64,000 bases of DNA from Octopus vulgaris. Its lineage: Eukaryota. Shown one piece after another: positions 26,062-40,195 of this stretch. Both the position numbers and the translations under genes were made by a program. Location: assembly GCA_951406725.2 (NCBI GenBank), contig OX597814.1, positions 91,202,001 through 91,266,000 of the forward strand, written 5' to 3'. The notes under the pieces were generated by a model. That model did no database searches. It was not told the origin of the DNA and saw only the letters and a list, made by a program, of their open reading frames with translations. Within the stretch, counting starts at the first letter, position 1. Each line of letters begins with the position of its first letter.

Positions 26062-28302
26062 CGTGCGTGTGTGTGTGTATGTGTGTGCGTGTGTGTGTAA
26101 ACAGTCGGGAGGAATCAGCATTCAAGTTCAAACTTCATAGAAACTGGTTCAATAACGATTTCTTTCGTTGCTTTTCCTGTATGTTCAACTTGTATTATAT
26201 GAAACTAAATTTGTGATGTAAACCAGTCAGCGATACATTTGATTAAGTAGAAATCACTTCACAAGCTACGTTATTTCTTACCTACTTTTAATTGAGGTAC
26301 ATATACTGTGTGCTACATTTGTTTTTCTTTGGCCTTCATCTAGGTAAGCTTTAGTCATGTGAAAATGAAAATCATTGCATTGTATGAAGTATTTGTTTTA
26401 CACTTTCCTGATCACTACATTCACGAACTCTAATATATTGCAACGTAATTATGATATTACTTCAACTTTTACAGTTACATGGCAAGTCATGAAAATAAAA
26501 CCCTTAACACTCACGACACGGGATGATGTGGCACCTTCTTTCGTTTCACACTCTACTAATGATATCCTTCTTTAATTTCATTAAAACACGATTTTAAATT
26601 ACATTTCTTTTCTTTTACACTACACCGTAGTTTCCGATATATTTCCAACCATACATATTCTCGTAAACGGTGATCAATAACTGTTTATTATATATCATGT
26701 TTTCCTATCATTCTTCAGTAATGATATAACTTTCACGCATTCCTATACTATCCTCTTCACAATTTCTCCACATTCTGTGTTCCATGACTATTGTTTCGCA
26801 TAAACAGAGCCAAAGCAATCTGCTTTACGTGTTTCTCAATAACAATAAATCTACCAAAGAACATTAACTAGCCCTATAATTTCCTCTCTCAATCTCTCGG
26901 TAACAAGGAAGTCACTGTTTTCGAAAATATTTACAATTTACAGTCTTGATCACTTCATGCTGAAGAAGTTTCAACTATATTTCATTCACTCAACCGCTAA
27001 TTGAATGTGTTCGGGTCTCTTTTCTTACATACAACACAAGGGATATGTTTTTCTATTGACGGAATAGATCTCGGCACGCACACAAAAAAAAGAACAGTTC
27101 TACCTCTACTGCACTATTTGTCAAGAAATATGCTCGAGATTTCGGGTCTGTTTGATTTTAAAATCATCTCAAACCACAAAATGTAACTTTTCAGGAACTA
27201 TGATTTTCAGCACATTCGGAGCCGAAGTGACTGCATAAAGAAACCAATCTTCAAGAGCGATGCTGCTGTTGCATATACCACATGCAGCCCGACTAGTACG
27301 GAATTCTCCTTCGGTTAAACATTTCCAATTTATGACGTACGCTATCGAAGTATCGCAAATTCCACAGCCAAAAATAAAAGAAACAGGTATCCTGTACAGT
27401 TGAAGCACATTTCTCTTCATATGCATTTCTACCACCCCATCACCACTGCCATCGTCACATCACATCTCGTGTATCTTCATTAGATTTATTAGTAATCATT
27501 ACAAAAAACTATCATCGTTACTCCTCTCTGAATTTCACCTCACATCTAGCTCTCAGTAAGCTCAGGTTCAATGCCTTTATCTACACTTATTTATTTATTG
27601 AATAGCCAGGCCCTTAAATTTCTCAGCACATTATATTTCCTCCATAGCTGTTCAAACGTTTATTCATCTCGGATGTAAATTCGTTATATTGTCCTCCCTA
27701 TAACGATGGACTATTTTCCCTACCAATTACCACCACCACCGTCCTACACTAAAACGACTCTCGTATATTTAAATCTTTTCCCCACTTCGATAGACTCCAC
27801 CAAAACCTTACAGAGTTATCATTAGCATGCATTCAGGCCCAGATACTTTCTAAGTTTACTGAGATTACCTCTAAATAATACAATTGTTATATTAACGATT
27901 GGATGGGTGCTATGTCGCTAATATCGGATGAATTGCTTGTCGTATATTGTTCCTTTAACAGTTCCTACATAAATTTATCCATCCTTCCTACACTACATTC
28001 ATTTAACGATATCACCGTCACTAGTGGTTACCTTCATATTTTCAGTTTTGTTTCTTATAAAACTGATGACGTATACACATGCATAGAATTTTCCTCAATT
28101 CACAATACTCTCATTACAAGTACCATCTCCGTCGCATACGACGATGCAGTACTTCCTTTCTCTTCTTATCACTATAATTGAAATTTCTTTACCCTCGTGC
28201 ATTAGCTGATATGTCCTTTCTCTCTGAAGCGATCCACCCGAAATATTAAGCTGCTGCCTTCTATACGTTATGAAATGCATTCTCTTTCGAGTATTTATAT
28301 TA

Positions 28303-29228
28303 CAAGGGTGCGCTGAAATGATCATAGACTGACTACGAAGGACTGACGCTAGAGCTGTGAAGTCTTGCACGCTTTAATTTCCATGCTTCTTATTAATTAT
28401 TGTATTGTTTCGTTCCTGGTCAACTGCCATCTGACTACTCAGAGAAGATTTTAGAAGTAACTAGTAGCAACCTCTATTGAAAATGGACAAAACTTGGCTG
28501 ATCACATAACGGGAAAATCTGACAATCTTTGAGGCAGGTCCATTTACGTTCCTCGAACGTTTTCTAAGCCAGGATAAGTGTTTGTTTCATCACGTTCAGC
28601 TTGAGATTAAGAGACAATCCATGCAACGGAGAAACCCCTACTAACCTTCTCCAAGGAAGGCCATGGTCTTTTCATCTTCAGTTGTTTGGAATGCAAAAAT
28701 AATTGTATTTATTTACTATCTTCATAAGGGCACACTATAAATGGAGAAAAAATTGCCAACTTGCTCAAGCAGTAACGAAAGGCTATCAAGAGGAAAGCTG
28801 TTACGAAAGGCTATCAAGACGAGATTGCCAGGAAAACTGATGAAAACTGTTTCATCAAGGCAATGCTTTAGCCCACAAGTCTTTGGTTTCAATAGCTGTT
28901 GTCCGTGACTGTGTCTTTACTGGTTGATCACCTTTTCTATTCTCCTGATTGTGCACTTTCTGACTATCATATGTTCCCCAACAAGGTGAAAAAAAACCCA
29001 CAACAATGGTGTTTGAACCAGTATCGCAGTATTGATGATGTCATACCTGCTGTTGACATTTGTCACTAGCTGGATAAAAGCATATTCACCACAGGGGTAC
29101 AAGCACTGCAACACTGATTGAAGACGTGTGTAGACTGGAAAGGGGACTATGTTGAAAAATAAGACACATTTGGTTACATTCAATATGAGTATCTTGGTCA
29201 GCTTATGAAATTTTTCAGCCGATCCCTA
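28303..29228 (+). mobile_element. Mariner DNA transposon, internally deleted and decayed
   Basis: Imperfect TIRs (caagggtgcgctgaaatgatcatagactgac / gtcagcttatgaaatttttcagccgatcccta) flanked by TA. Relic transposase in shifting frames: FLERFLSQD...EIKRQSMQ...VWNAK...LHKG-TINGE...LRKAIK...FHQGNA.AHKS. Confidence 0.85.
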
Positions 29229-29820
29229 TATGTTTCGTCTTTATTTTTTTCTCGGAATCTACAGTATTATTATAATGGTATGGGGAATGTGTTTGGATTT
29301 GGATTCTGATGTCACAAGAAATTACCCTAAGGAACTAGGAGCTTCTCCATAGATTGTAGAATTTGTGTTTCCAAATGAATATACGCAAATAATAAACCCA
29401 AAATGGAAAAGCGATTTTATTTAAATAGAACAAAAATAATATATGGCATGAAACATTTCAACATTTCAGTATATTCCATTAACAACTTAAACTGTTTAAA
29501 CGTGTATAGCTTCACTAAAGAGAAAATAAACTGACAGTGAATGCGACAGAAATTAAACGAAGCTAACATATGGTCATAAAACACTTCTAACACATTTATA
29601 GTCACTTCGTTGTTTATTGTCACTCCTATACGTCTACAAAACGAATTTTAATAAAATTTTTAGAAGCGAGTCATCCTTTTTATTTACGACAGATGTGGTT
29701 TTCACACCGAATTCTATTTCTACTAAACCCAAAATAAATATTGAGTGTGTGTGTGCGTGTGAGAGAGTGTGTGTATGTATGTGTCTATCTAATATCTGTG
29801 TCTCTCTCTGTCTGTCTGTT

Positions 29821-29887
<67 letters not shown>

Positions 29888-30621
29888 TACATTTAGAAAC
29901 ACAAAATTTATACATACATGATTATATATGCCTGTGTATGGCAAATTATTACTTAGGCTAAAATTATAGTTTCCCTTCATATTTCGTTATTTCTTCTCAG
30001 TTAAAATATATTATCTAATTATTGTTTTCTATATATTTCTAGAATTCTGAAGGCAACTTACAAAAGAAATCTTAAAACTGAACATTACTGTGTGATGTGA
30101 TATAGATTCGTATTTCTAGTTTTGTTATGAAGGAAATATAAAGAATTGTATATCTAGTTCTTCTGTTTATGGTATGCTACTCATCTATTCAATTAATTTC
30201 TTTGTCTGTTGCAAATTAGCGAATTATTTGTCACTCGTAAGGCTATACGTTTCCGCCACTGATAACGGGCATCTGAAGTACTCGCTATATGTTTGAATCT
30301 ATATAGACTTGGTAAATGAATATTTAAGTCATTTATAATAGTGAAAAGGAATTAGTAGTGTAAACACACAAACTACTTTTAACTCATTCAGGTGACCATC
30401 TCCTTACCGGAGCGATGATCGTAGCTTATATGCTGTATGAGCTTAAACAATTTAAAATTGTCTGAAATAGATGCAATTAAACGCAAAAAGAAAGTGACTT
30501 GGTACCAGCAGAATAATAAAAACAAGTAACTATATTAGAGTTCAAGGTTTATTAAAAGAGATATAATTCGTAGCTTTTCAGATATTCATAGCTTTTCGGA
30601 GCCATGAAGTACAACCGAACG

Positions 30622-30938
30622 CATGAACTCTGGTAACTCGAGTCAAGAGATTTGCCGGCATACTGTATACTGACCTCCTAAAATTCAAATAGCAGTCTAA
30701 TCACACCACTCCGTCTTAACAAGGAATGATAAATAACACAATATATTCTAAATATCTTTAAAGAAAAAATGGTTTGAACATGAACTCTGGTAACTTGAGT
30801 CAAGAGATTTGCCGGCATACTGTATACTGACCTCCTAAAATTCAAATAGCAGTCTAATCACACCACTCCATCTTAACAAGGAATGATAAATAACACAATA
30901 TATTCTAAATATCTTTAAAGAAAAAAACGTTTGAACAT
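30622..30938 (+). repeat. Tandem duplication, unit ~157 bp x2
   Basis: catgaactctggtaact...gtttgaa starts at 30622 and again at 30779, with few substitutions. Confidence 0.9.
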
Positions 30939-32534
30939 ATTTTATTTATTTATTTTTTTCATTTATTCAGTCTTGACACAGTGATTGGTTTGTGTCCAGT
31001 CCTACTACACAATACAGTCTGCAAGTATGTTTTCTGCTGTAAGCTTCGAGTTTGCCAAAGGATTGTGAGTGGTAGACAGAAAAAGGTTCGTAAATTTAAA
31101 AGGGGCTTTGACTCATTCTGTTGTTAATCGTAATCCTTCATTTGGTTTCCACTATTCTCTTTGTCTTTGGATTATTTAGCGGCGTATGTTGCGTCCTAAA
31201 CTATCATGCCACATGCTCAATGTGAAGATAATGTTATACGCTCTTTCCTATGATATGCAGGTACTCCAATAAACATTACAAAATACAAGTAAAGTTATTA
31301 GAACTGTACGTGTAATTATCAAACCATAACACATCTAACTAAAAAGGATTTCATATCCCTTAGAGAAAGTGAAGTACTTCCATAGATATGCATGATATTA
31401 AGAACATAAGTAATCAAGTTCTACTTCGCATGAAAATGAGACATTAATAAACATTTGGATCATCTCCGCAAAAAGCTAAAAACGATTTCCAGCGTGTATG
31501 TTAATCCTAGAAAAGACCTCATAAATATAATGTGTCATTTGGTTTAAAAACATATGTATTAACGTTCTGTAGAAATAAAAAAGATATTTAAAGTAATTAC
31601 TGATTCTAAAAGTAGCAAGGTTTATGTTAAGTAATTTTTTTACTAGCCACCATGTCAAAAATATATAGGGTGAGGAAATGGGTCAGTGTTCGTCAAAATA
31701 CAGTCAGGAGAAATGATTTTATTTTAAAATTGCGATCATATCGCAGTTTTTATTTCCTGCATATTAGATTTTATTGAACAGCATACGTTATCTCCCTCAG
31801 GTAATTTTACTATTGATACTATATGATCGATTGAGATAATGTTCCACAATAACTTGATAGAGCAAATTGTGCGAATAATAAAACAAAAATTATAACTCAC
31901 CTCCTAAAAATATACACCTTATCAATTTCCTGGCCGTTTCACTACTGTAGTATTGCAGTTGAAAGGCTGTCTTTAACACGAGCGTAGATAATACAGTTGA
32001 ATGGATATAAATTGAGCAAAAAGCAAATCGTATGGTCGTTTAATTGGTGTGCCTCAGTTCTTCATTGTTAAACAGATCGTTTGAAAACAATATTTTTTTC
32101 TTTTGTCTTACATTTTCTGCAACACATTTTCCTGCTTGTTTGCTTTCACTAACTTTTTGAAATTTCGATAATCAATTGCAGACCTGATTCATATAATCGT
32201 TCATGCGCTCAAACAGCTTTTAAAAGAAAACGTATAAATACTAATTTTAATGGACTCGAAGCAAAGACATTACATAAAATATAGAATTGGAACAATTAAT
32301 GTTAGCTTAACAAAATAACGGAAAAGGAGTTTTTTCAGTCTCTAAACAGAGATTGTGAAAAAAATGATCGTTTTGGGGAAAAACTATTATCACAGGTTTC
32401 AAGCCATTTGAAGATTAAAATTTAATTATGTTTTTTTTAAAGCTTCTCTGAAATCTAACACACATAATTGCAAGTTTATTCTTACGAATTATTTCCGATT
32501 AAATTTTCATATACTAAATATGTATATATTTCTT

Positions 32535-32757
32535 TGTTGGCCACAAGGGCTAAACATAGAGCGTACAAACAAAGAAGGACAAAGGGTTTAAGTCGATTAC
32601 ATCGACCCCAGAGCGTAACAGGTACTTATTTAATCGTTCCGAAAGAATGAATGGCGAAGTCGACCTCGGCGAAGTTTGAACTCAGAACGTGGCGGCAGAC
32701 GAAATATCGGTAAGCATTTCGCCTGGTGTGCTAGTGATTCTGCCAGCTCGCCGCCTT
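32535..32757 (-). mobile_element. SINE (Nin/Deu-domain type), near full length
   Basis: Reverse complement of ggcggcgagctggcagaatc...gttctgagttcaaacttcgccgaggtcgac...; same family as 48688-48900. Confidence 0.85.
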
Positions 32758-32789
32758 TCAGGATATATAATATACAACACACACACACA

Positions 32790-32840
<51 letters not shown>

Positions 32841-34319
32841 GAGCATTAATGACGTTTATAACATCACTGTGCATCTATTAGGATTGAGCTTAATTTCTTA
32901 TTTGAAAAATAACTTCACATGGGAATGATGTTGTCAGAAGCTTCTAGAATCACCAATATCAATGAATCTTCCATTGAAAGATAAAACAGCCAAGACAAAT
33001 ACAATATCAAAATTATTACGAGCCACAAGGGAAATACTTTGTTTAAATCTTTTCTCTTTTTCTATCAACAATCTTCTGTGATTGATTGCGTTTCCCTGTG
33101 TTCTGTTTAACCATAATACTAGTAATAAAAGCTACAATATTTGATGTCGTTGTTTTTATTTAAACTTGTTATTATCGTAGAAAAATCGCGTTATCAGAAT
33201 ATGCAAAGCTTCGGGGAAAGGTCTTATGTTATTGGCATTACAGTATATTGAGAGTATATATAATAACAAGATCGACAGTGACGGTCACAAAAAGCGATCA
33301 TCCTTCTGGAATCAATAAGATAAATACCGGCATCGAGTATTGGATTCTCTTTAATCGACTGTTGTTTCCCACACCAAATCATTTCTATTGTTTATCATTT
33401 ATTGAAAAATATTATTCTACGAGAATTTGACAATGTTAGTGTTAATCCATAGAGTACAATGTTTCCTTGTTTATATTCTAAATGAAGATACAGTTTAGCA
33501 TGGCGATCTCATAATCAGAATAATACCTAAGAAACAATTATAATGAAATAGTAAACAGTAAATCAAACATTCATTTGCAAACATAACGCGTCCTTTTGTC
33601 CTTAGTGAGAAATATTAATTTTGATTCATTTGAACTGGATGAGGCAAATACTAACTGCAGTTTATGCTATTTATCAATGTTAACTTTTGCTATAATATTA
33701 TATCGGAGATTAGTGTGTTGGCTAAATGCCGGAGTGCTATCCACGCGACTATTTACTTCGATATTCTGTACATCTTAGTTTAATTTAGAATATCTGTTTA
33801 TGATATTTTCCTCTGAGATTTGAGCACCAAATTAGAATGGTATTTGCTGATCCTGTTCCTCAAATCAGCACAGTGTTCGGTCTAATGTAGATAGTTATTA
33901 TTTTACTCTTTTACTTAGTATATATTTTAATGATGAATAAGAGTAGCTAAGGAAGATAGCGTTTGTCGGATGATTTTGAATTATTGCTTTTATGTGTAAA
34001 TGTGTTTGATTGTTGAGAATAACTGTTACATGGCATTTATAATTAAGGTTCGTAGTATCAGCACAATGCAAGTGTAAATTATTTCTGAATATTTGTATAT
34101 TATTGTCAATTCAATGTAGGTGTCCAGTGTGCTAGAAGTCACTTATAACATAAAAGCGGCTTCTAGTCAATTTTCAGTTTTTGTTGTTAACTAAAACTTT
34201 GGTTTACCGACCGTGAAAGGATGAAAGCAAAATGAACCTCGACGACATTGGGAACTTAGATAGCAAATAGAAAATGCTGCAAAGCATTTTTTTCCGACAT
34301 TCTAATAATTCTCTCTGAA

Positions 34320-34350
<31 letters not shown>

Positions 34351-37189
34351 GTAATATATTGATTGTTCTCTAATGTTTCTTTGGCATTGACTTAAGTGAT
34401 GCATGTTAATGCTCTTTGCATGTCTTTATGTAGTGTATTTTTTGTTTTCTGTACTGTATAAAACTGGAAGTAATATTTAGTCTTTATATCTCTCATGTGT
34501 ATTATCTTGAGATGTGCTAAATAGTTGGTGTCAATGTTAGTCTGTATATTTGCAGCATGATTTTTACAAATTTGATAACTGTTTGGATTTGCCGTGTGCC
34601 TTTCTCATAAACTGTTCGATGGGTAGCTTTTGTGTCAGGGAGTTGGATTATATTTCATGTGATGTAAGAAATCTGAGTAACTTTTAAGAAAAATTTAAGT
34701 ATGAGAGAGTATTTATAATCTCGGAAAACGTGTAGATTCCTGGTTACTATGAAGCAGAAATTTCCCGATAGCTGGACTGTCAAAGTTTTACTGCGTTGAA
34801 TTGGAAGCAATGGTCAAAATATATTAAAGTATTCTATGTAAAACCCGCTGCGATGGAATTTGCTTCTCCAATTTTCCTCTGTCGAACAAATATTTGTTAT
34901 CGACTTTAGAATTACGGGGTCCGATTTAATCCATGATGCCGATGCCTATTTGGTTTCTTAAGGCAACATAACTACTTTTATGTGCTTTAATGGAAGATGG
35001 GAAATGGTAGCCCCATAAACCTTTGTATTTTCATGAGTAGCAGTGTCCAAAATTATATTACCGCTGAAATACCATATCATTAACGGATCGTGTGCCTCAC
35101 CCTTCATTGTCCATTTTATATTTTCCCGTCGGAATGGATTTAATTGTTTATGTTTCTTTTTAAGGAAATAATATCTATTTTATTCAGGAGCATATATTGG
35201 GAGAGTAAGTGAAAGTATTTGCTCAATCCAATGGTCGCTGCGAGGTAAGTGTAGTGGGTTATATTTTCAGTTGATGTGAACTTACTTTGCTTGTGTAATG
35301 CTTTTCGTTATATGATGACTCAGTGCAACGCCTTGAATATCTGTTACGAAAAACAAGTTCAAGTTCATTTCAGAATGAAGATAATCTCTAAGTTCATCAG
35401 GGTTGAAATAAGGTAGCATCATTTCTAAAAGATTTTGCTTTTGATGTAATTCACATATATTTCAAAATTCATATGCTTTCACTTACCTACTTTTGGAGTG
35501 GGTTTATTTGAAGAGGGTAGCTTTGGAGTGAGGGGTAGCTTGTATTTGTGAGAGCAATAGAGACGGTATTAGTAAAACCAATGAGAGAAAGCAATAATAG
35601 TTCAAATAGATTCTTTATGCAATTTATATCCTGTATAAAATATTCAGTGATTTATAGGAACTCATACTTTGCTATAATTATTTTCCTTTTTTATCAGCGT
35701 ATTTTTTAAATCTACAATTGCGTTCATTAAATCAATTTTAGAATTTGTGTCTTGTATACTGTCAGTAATCTTGCAATTCGATATACTGTAAATGTAAAGA
35801 CCATATGTTTTTCGAGTTCGTTTATTGCAAAGATACTAAAATTTATTCCCACGTCAAGCAAACATTTAGTATGAATATTTATAAATGATGGAAATATTAT
35901 CTTATTTCTCCAAAGAATATTTATATTATTTTCTACACAAATATATGCTACAACTAACGAGATATACCTGCCACTTTTCTTTACTTGCTTCCTTTCCAAT
36001 ATAGTAATAGCGAAAAAAAATCTTGTAATCCACCTCTGAATACATGTGTACTTAGTATGCAATAAAATATACTTACATAGTAATTGACGGAATTATTGGT
36101 GAAGAATCAGATTCTCTAGATTCGGAATGCTTGAAGCTGTTTGAACCTCTATATTATACTTTATACGCCGTTTCCATTTTAACAAATACCTTTTAAAACA
36201 CGAATCAGATTAATTCCTGTTATAATTTAATTTGAATTATACTACGAAAAGCGTTGTGTAAGCATTATCAACATTTCATCTTCATACTACAACTTCTGTA
36301 CACTTTCCAGTTAGGAGAGTGTGTCGAGTCGGTGCCTAGAGCTGTGAGTATTAAGTATCACTCTTTAAAGTGTCCATTAAATTTGCTCCTCATTCTCAAC
36401 AGCTGCTCAAGGAGACACTTATCTTTACAGTTGATAATTATTTCAACCCAAACCTACAAAACATCGTCGAAGTAGCTTAGATCATACAAATAATCAGTGC
36501 ATCAGGTCGTCGAATGAATTGCTTTTACCCTAACAGTAAATGCTTATTTATAAATTTCGATACTAAATGTCTCGTGTAAGACTTTTGTTATGAAGAGCAC
36601 CCCTTACACGAAAATGAAACAAAATACAAAGCGAAATGAAAAGAAAAAAGAAAAACAGAGCAAAGGAAATTAGATTTTCAATATTTTAATACTAAACAAA
36701 ACAAAATGAAATCTCACAATAGCATATAAAATATATATGCATTAATTAGCTGCACTGCAAAACAAACTCATTAACAAAATAATAAATGATGACGAATTTC
36801 GAACTGTGATTTACTGTGATTTACAGAAGAGGCTTGGAGTGAATAAAAATACGGATGCCTACAAAGCACGAACGAAGCAGTCCAATTTGTGTACGTGTGT
36901 GTATTTTGTCTGTGTGTCTATGGGTGTATATGTGTGTGTGTAATTAATCAGATAGCGTCATCAAAACTAAGATGAAATAAATCAGGTAAAAAGGAAAACA
37001 CAATGTGCAGTGCATAGTGATGCTCTCACGATAAAAACAAACATTACCTTTCCTCAGCTTATGAGAGACATGAATTTGCAGGGAAACTCTAGAGATAAAA
37101 GCGAAAATGAGCCTCTCGCTTGGCCGATGCTCACTACAAATGCAGACTGACCTTTAAGTGATTACCCTAAGGCAGCATTAGTAAATAAT

Positions 37190-38380
37190 AGAGACAAGTG
37201 AATTAAACAGGGTAATCACGCAGTGCTATTTGAAAAGATAATATCAAGAGGGGATTTCTCTAGAGTGACTCATTGTTCCTCTAAACATTTGTGTTATGTT
37301 TAAATCTCGGTTGGATTAATATTAAGAATGGTAAAGACAGAATATCAGTTTAGAGACCGTAAAGGAAAAAGAAAAGTTAACCATCTGCTCTACATTGATG
37401 ATGTGAACCTTATTTAAAAAGAGATAGATTCTTTAATACAGACATTAAAAGGCTTCAGAAGGATATAGGGATGGAATTTGGCATAAATGAATGCGAAATA
37501 TTAGTCATGAAAAACGGATAGGTGAAGGCATTAAAATCATTAAAATTAAACATCAAAATCATTAAAATCAAACATTAAAATCATCGAAAGGAGAAGGTTA
37601 TAAGTATCTAAGAAATAAAGAGAAAGTTGCAATGAAGTACATCAGAAGGGTGGGGTAGTTCATGAAGTCAAAGCTAAATTTTCGGAATCTAGTGACGGTT
37701 GTAAATACTTCAGCAATATCGTTACTTAGATATCCAGCTGATTTTGTAGATATGACAAAATCTGAATTGAGACGTCTAATGTAGTTAATAATGAGAAAAT
37801 TTTATTATGAGTTGCTATAGTAACAGTACGAAATTGAGAAACAAAAAAAAAAAAAACAAGTGGAGTTAAAAACCAAAAGAAAGAAGCAGAAGTATCTAAC
37901 TGAAATGTGTAGGCTTTGCATGGTAAATTTCTAAAGATAGTTGCAGAAAGTAGTAATAGTGAAAGATGGCCGTGATTGCAGAAAGGAGGACTGAAAAGAG
38001 AGACAGAGAGTTTGTTAGTAGCAGGACAATATCAGGCATGGCGACTAAGTGGATAAATGCTAAGACAGACAAAAATTGGGTAGATTCTGAGTGTAGGTTA
38101 TTAAATCAAAGGAAGAATGTGCTACTTCTATAGTTATTGAGGGTAGTAAGCTGGCACAGTAGGAATAGAAGAAAAAATATATCAAACTAGGGAGAATAAT
38201 CTAATGGGATTTATGTAGAAACCTAGTATGTTACCATATTGATAAGTTGTATGGACATGAACCTAGTAAATTGCTAGACAGTAAGAAGTATAAGATGTGA
38301 GATATTAACATACAAACTGATAAAGTAATAGAATCTACAAGGCGTAGTTTATTAGTAGTACTGTAGGAGAATATGAAATG
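37190..38380 (+). mobile_element. R4/Dong-clade LINE, RT to zinc-knuckle region, decayed
   Basis: IKRG..DSL, KVNHLLYIDDV, DIGMEFGINEC, YKYL, KSKLNFRNLVTVVNTSAISLLRYPA, LHGKFL, LQKGGLKRETESLLVAGQ, DSECRL. Confidence 0.85.
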
Positions 38381-38492
38381 TTTAGTACGGCTCAAGAAAA
38401 CAGTATTATTTGGCATGCCTAGGAGACACAGGAAAATTCTCTGCATCTAATTTTACTAGCTGTAGCCCAATATTAGAAATTGTTTCCAGGTC

Positions 38493-38552
<60 letters not shown>

Positions 38553-38571
38553 TGATGATGATGATGATGAT
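38493..38571. repeat. (TAA)n(GAT)n microsatellite
   Basis: Directly visible; lies between two R4/Dong fragments. Confidence 0.97.
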
Positions 38572-38589
38572 TTCATGAAATTGCAAAAT

Positions 38590-39360
38590 GGACAAGGAAC
38601 ACAGGAAAAATTACAATAATTTAGAAAGGCAGATTTGGCAAGACATAACCATGAGTTAGCACTAAAGAAAGCCAGCAAATGGAAATCTTTTGGCATTGAC
38701 AAAGTTCCAAATTCTTGGTGGTTTTATTTAATACCTAACCATTATATACTGCTAAAATGTAATAAATATGTTATGCACAATCCTGAGAAAACTCCTGATT
38801 GTCTTGCTCAAATTATAAGCTATCCTTTTCCAAAATCAACTGAAACCAATTTTCAAAGAGATTATCATCCCATCACCTGATTCTCTCCACAATATAAAAA
38901 TATCACCTCAATTTTGACTGAGGAACTGCCGTAATAACCACAGATATTGAGTGATTGAATTAATTATTTAAACAAAAAGCATTTGACTGTGTTACCCACT
39001 CGGGACTGAAAAGTTAGAATGTCCTGAAAAATTCACCAGTTATATCAAAATTCCTAAAATATAACATCTCTAAAGAATACAAATATAACATTATCAAATA
39101 ATTTCACTAAATTATTTCGTTTTATTATAATTCCAGTATCATTAGTATTAACGGAGGTATTTTTCAGCATGATTCGTTTACCCCTCACATTTGGCATTGC
39201 ACTCACTCCAGAGGTTAACAAAACGAAATATAACTAGGAAATAGATAGTGAAACCGTACGTTATCTGTTGCATGTGGATGACGTGAAAGGACTATCGAGA
39301 ATACTTAATATTCAGTAGCGACGTAGGAATGGAGTTTAGACTGGGAAGCAACATTAAAGA
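38590..39360 (+). mobile_element. R4/Dong-clade LINE RT fragment starting just after (TAA)n
   Basis: KKASKWKSFGIDKVPNSW...PEKTPDCL...PKSTETNFQRDYHPIT, KKAFD, GIFQHDS, YLLHVDDVK, DVGMEFRL. Confidence 0.8.
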
Positions 39361-40131
39361 AATGTAGAATGCCAAGCACAGATACATGTGCTTCAGTTTC
39401 TCTACACGATAACTGTTCTCTGCAAAGAATGTCTTTTTTAAAGCACAAGAATGCCGGTGATAAGTCAATATTCCTCTTAAAACATTATGACAAGGCGAGT
39501 TGTCTTATGTGTATATATGTATATATATATATATATTATTTTTTGTTTATGCATGTGCGTATATTTATGTGCATATATATGTATACGTATGCTCAATAAA
39601 ATACGTACGAGTAACTATGTATTGTCCCTACGCCCAACATTATGACAAGGCGAGTTGTCTTCCTTCGCTTGATAGATAGATTTTCCAATTCTGAAGTAAA
39701 AAATTCAGAAAATGTTAACAAATCCCCACGGCTATATATGGGTACAGACATACATACAGACAGGGAGGCATATATGGAGATAATTGTTTTAATTACATTT
39801 CACACATAATTTACATAATGCATTGACAACAGTTTATGTTGTGTATGGAAATCTGTTTATAAGGGATTTGCTACTTTAAAATATAATCTTCTTAATAAAT
39901 AGATGCAAGATGCATTGAATAGATATAAAACTTTTTCTCCACATTTCTTTTACTAGTGTAGGCGGATTCTCAAAATATCGGAATGGAACTATGAAAAAAT
40001 ATATGTAGGAATATCGCTCCGGACACATGTGTCTTTTAAATTTAAACAAAATCTATGAAGTTTTAAGCATTCTTTATATGTTGTGACCGATAAACTACTT
40101 ATTCGAGTGTATGTGTGTCTATCTTGGTATC

Positions 40132-40195
<64 letters not shown>

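Noticed and set aside
34560-35340. Possible Gypsy RT/RNase H relic on the minus strand
   Set aside because: No convincing motif could be read in any frame by eye.
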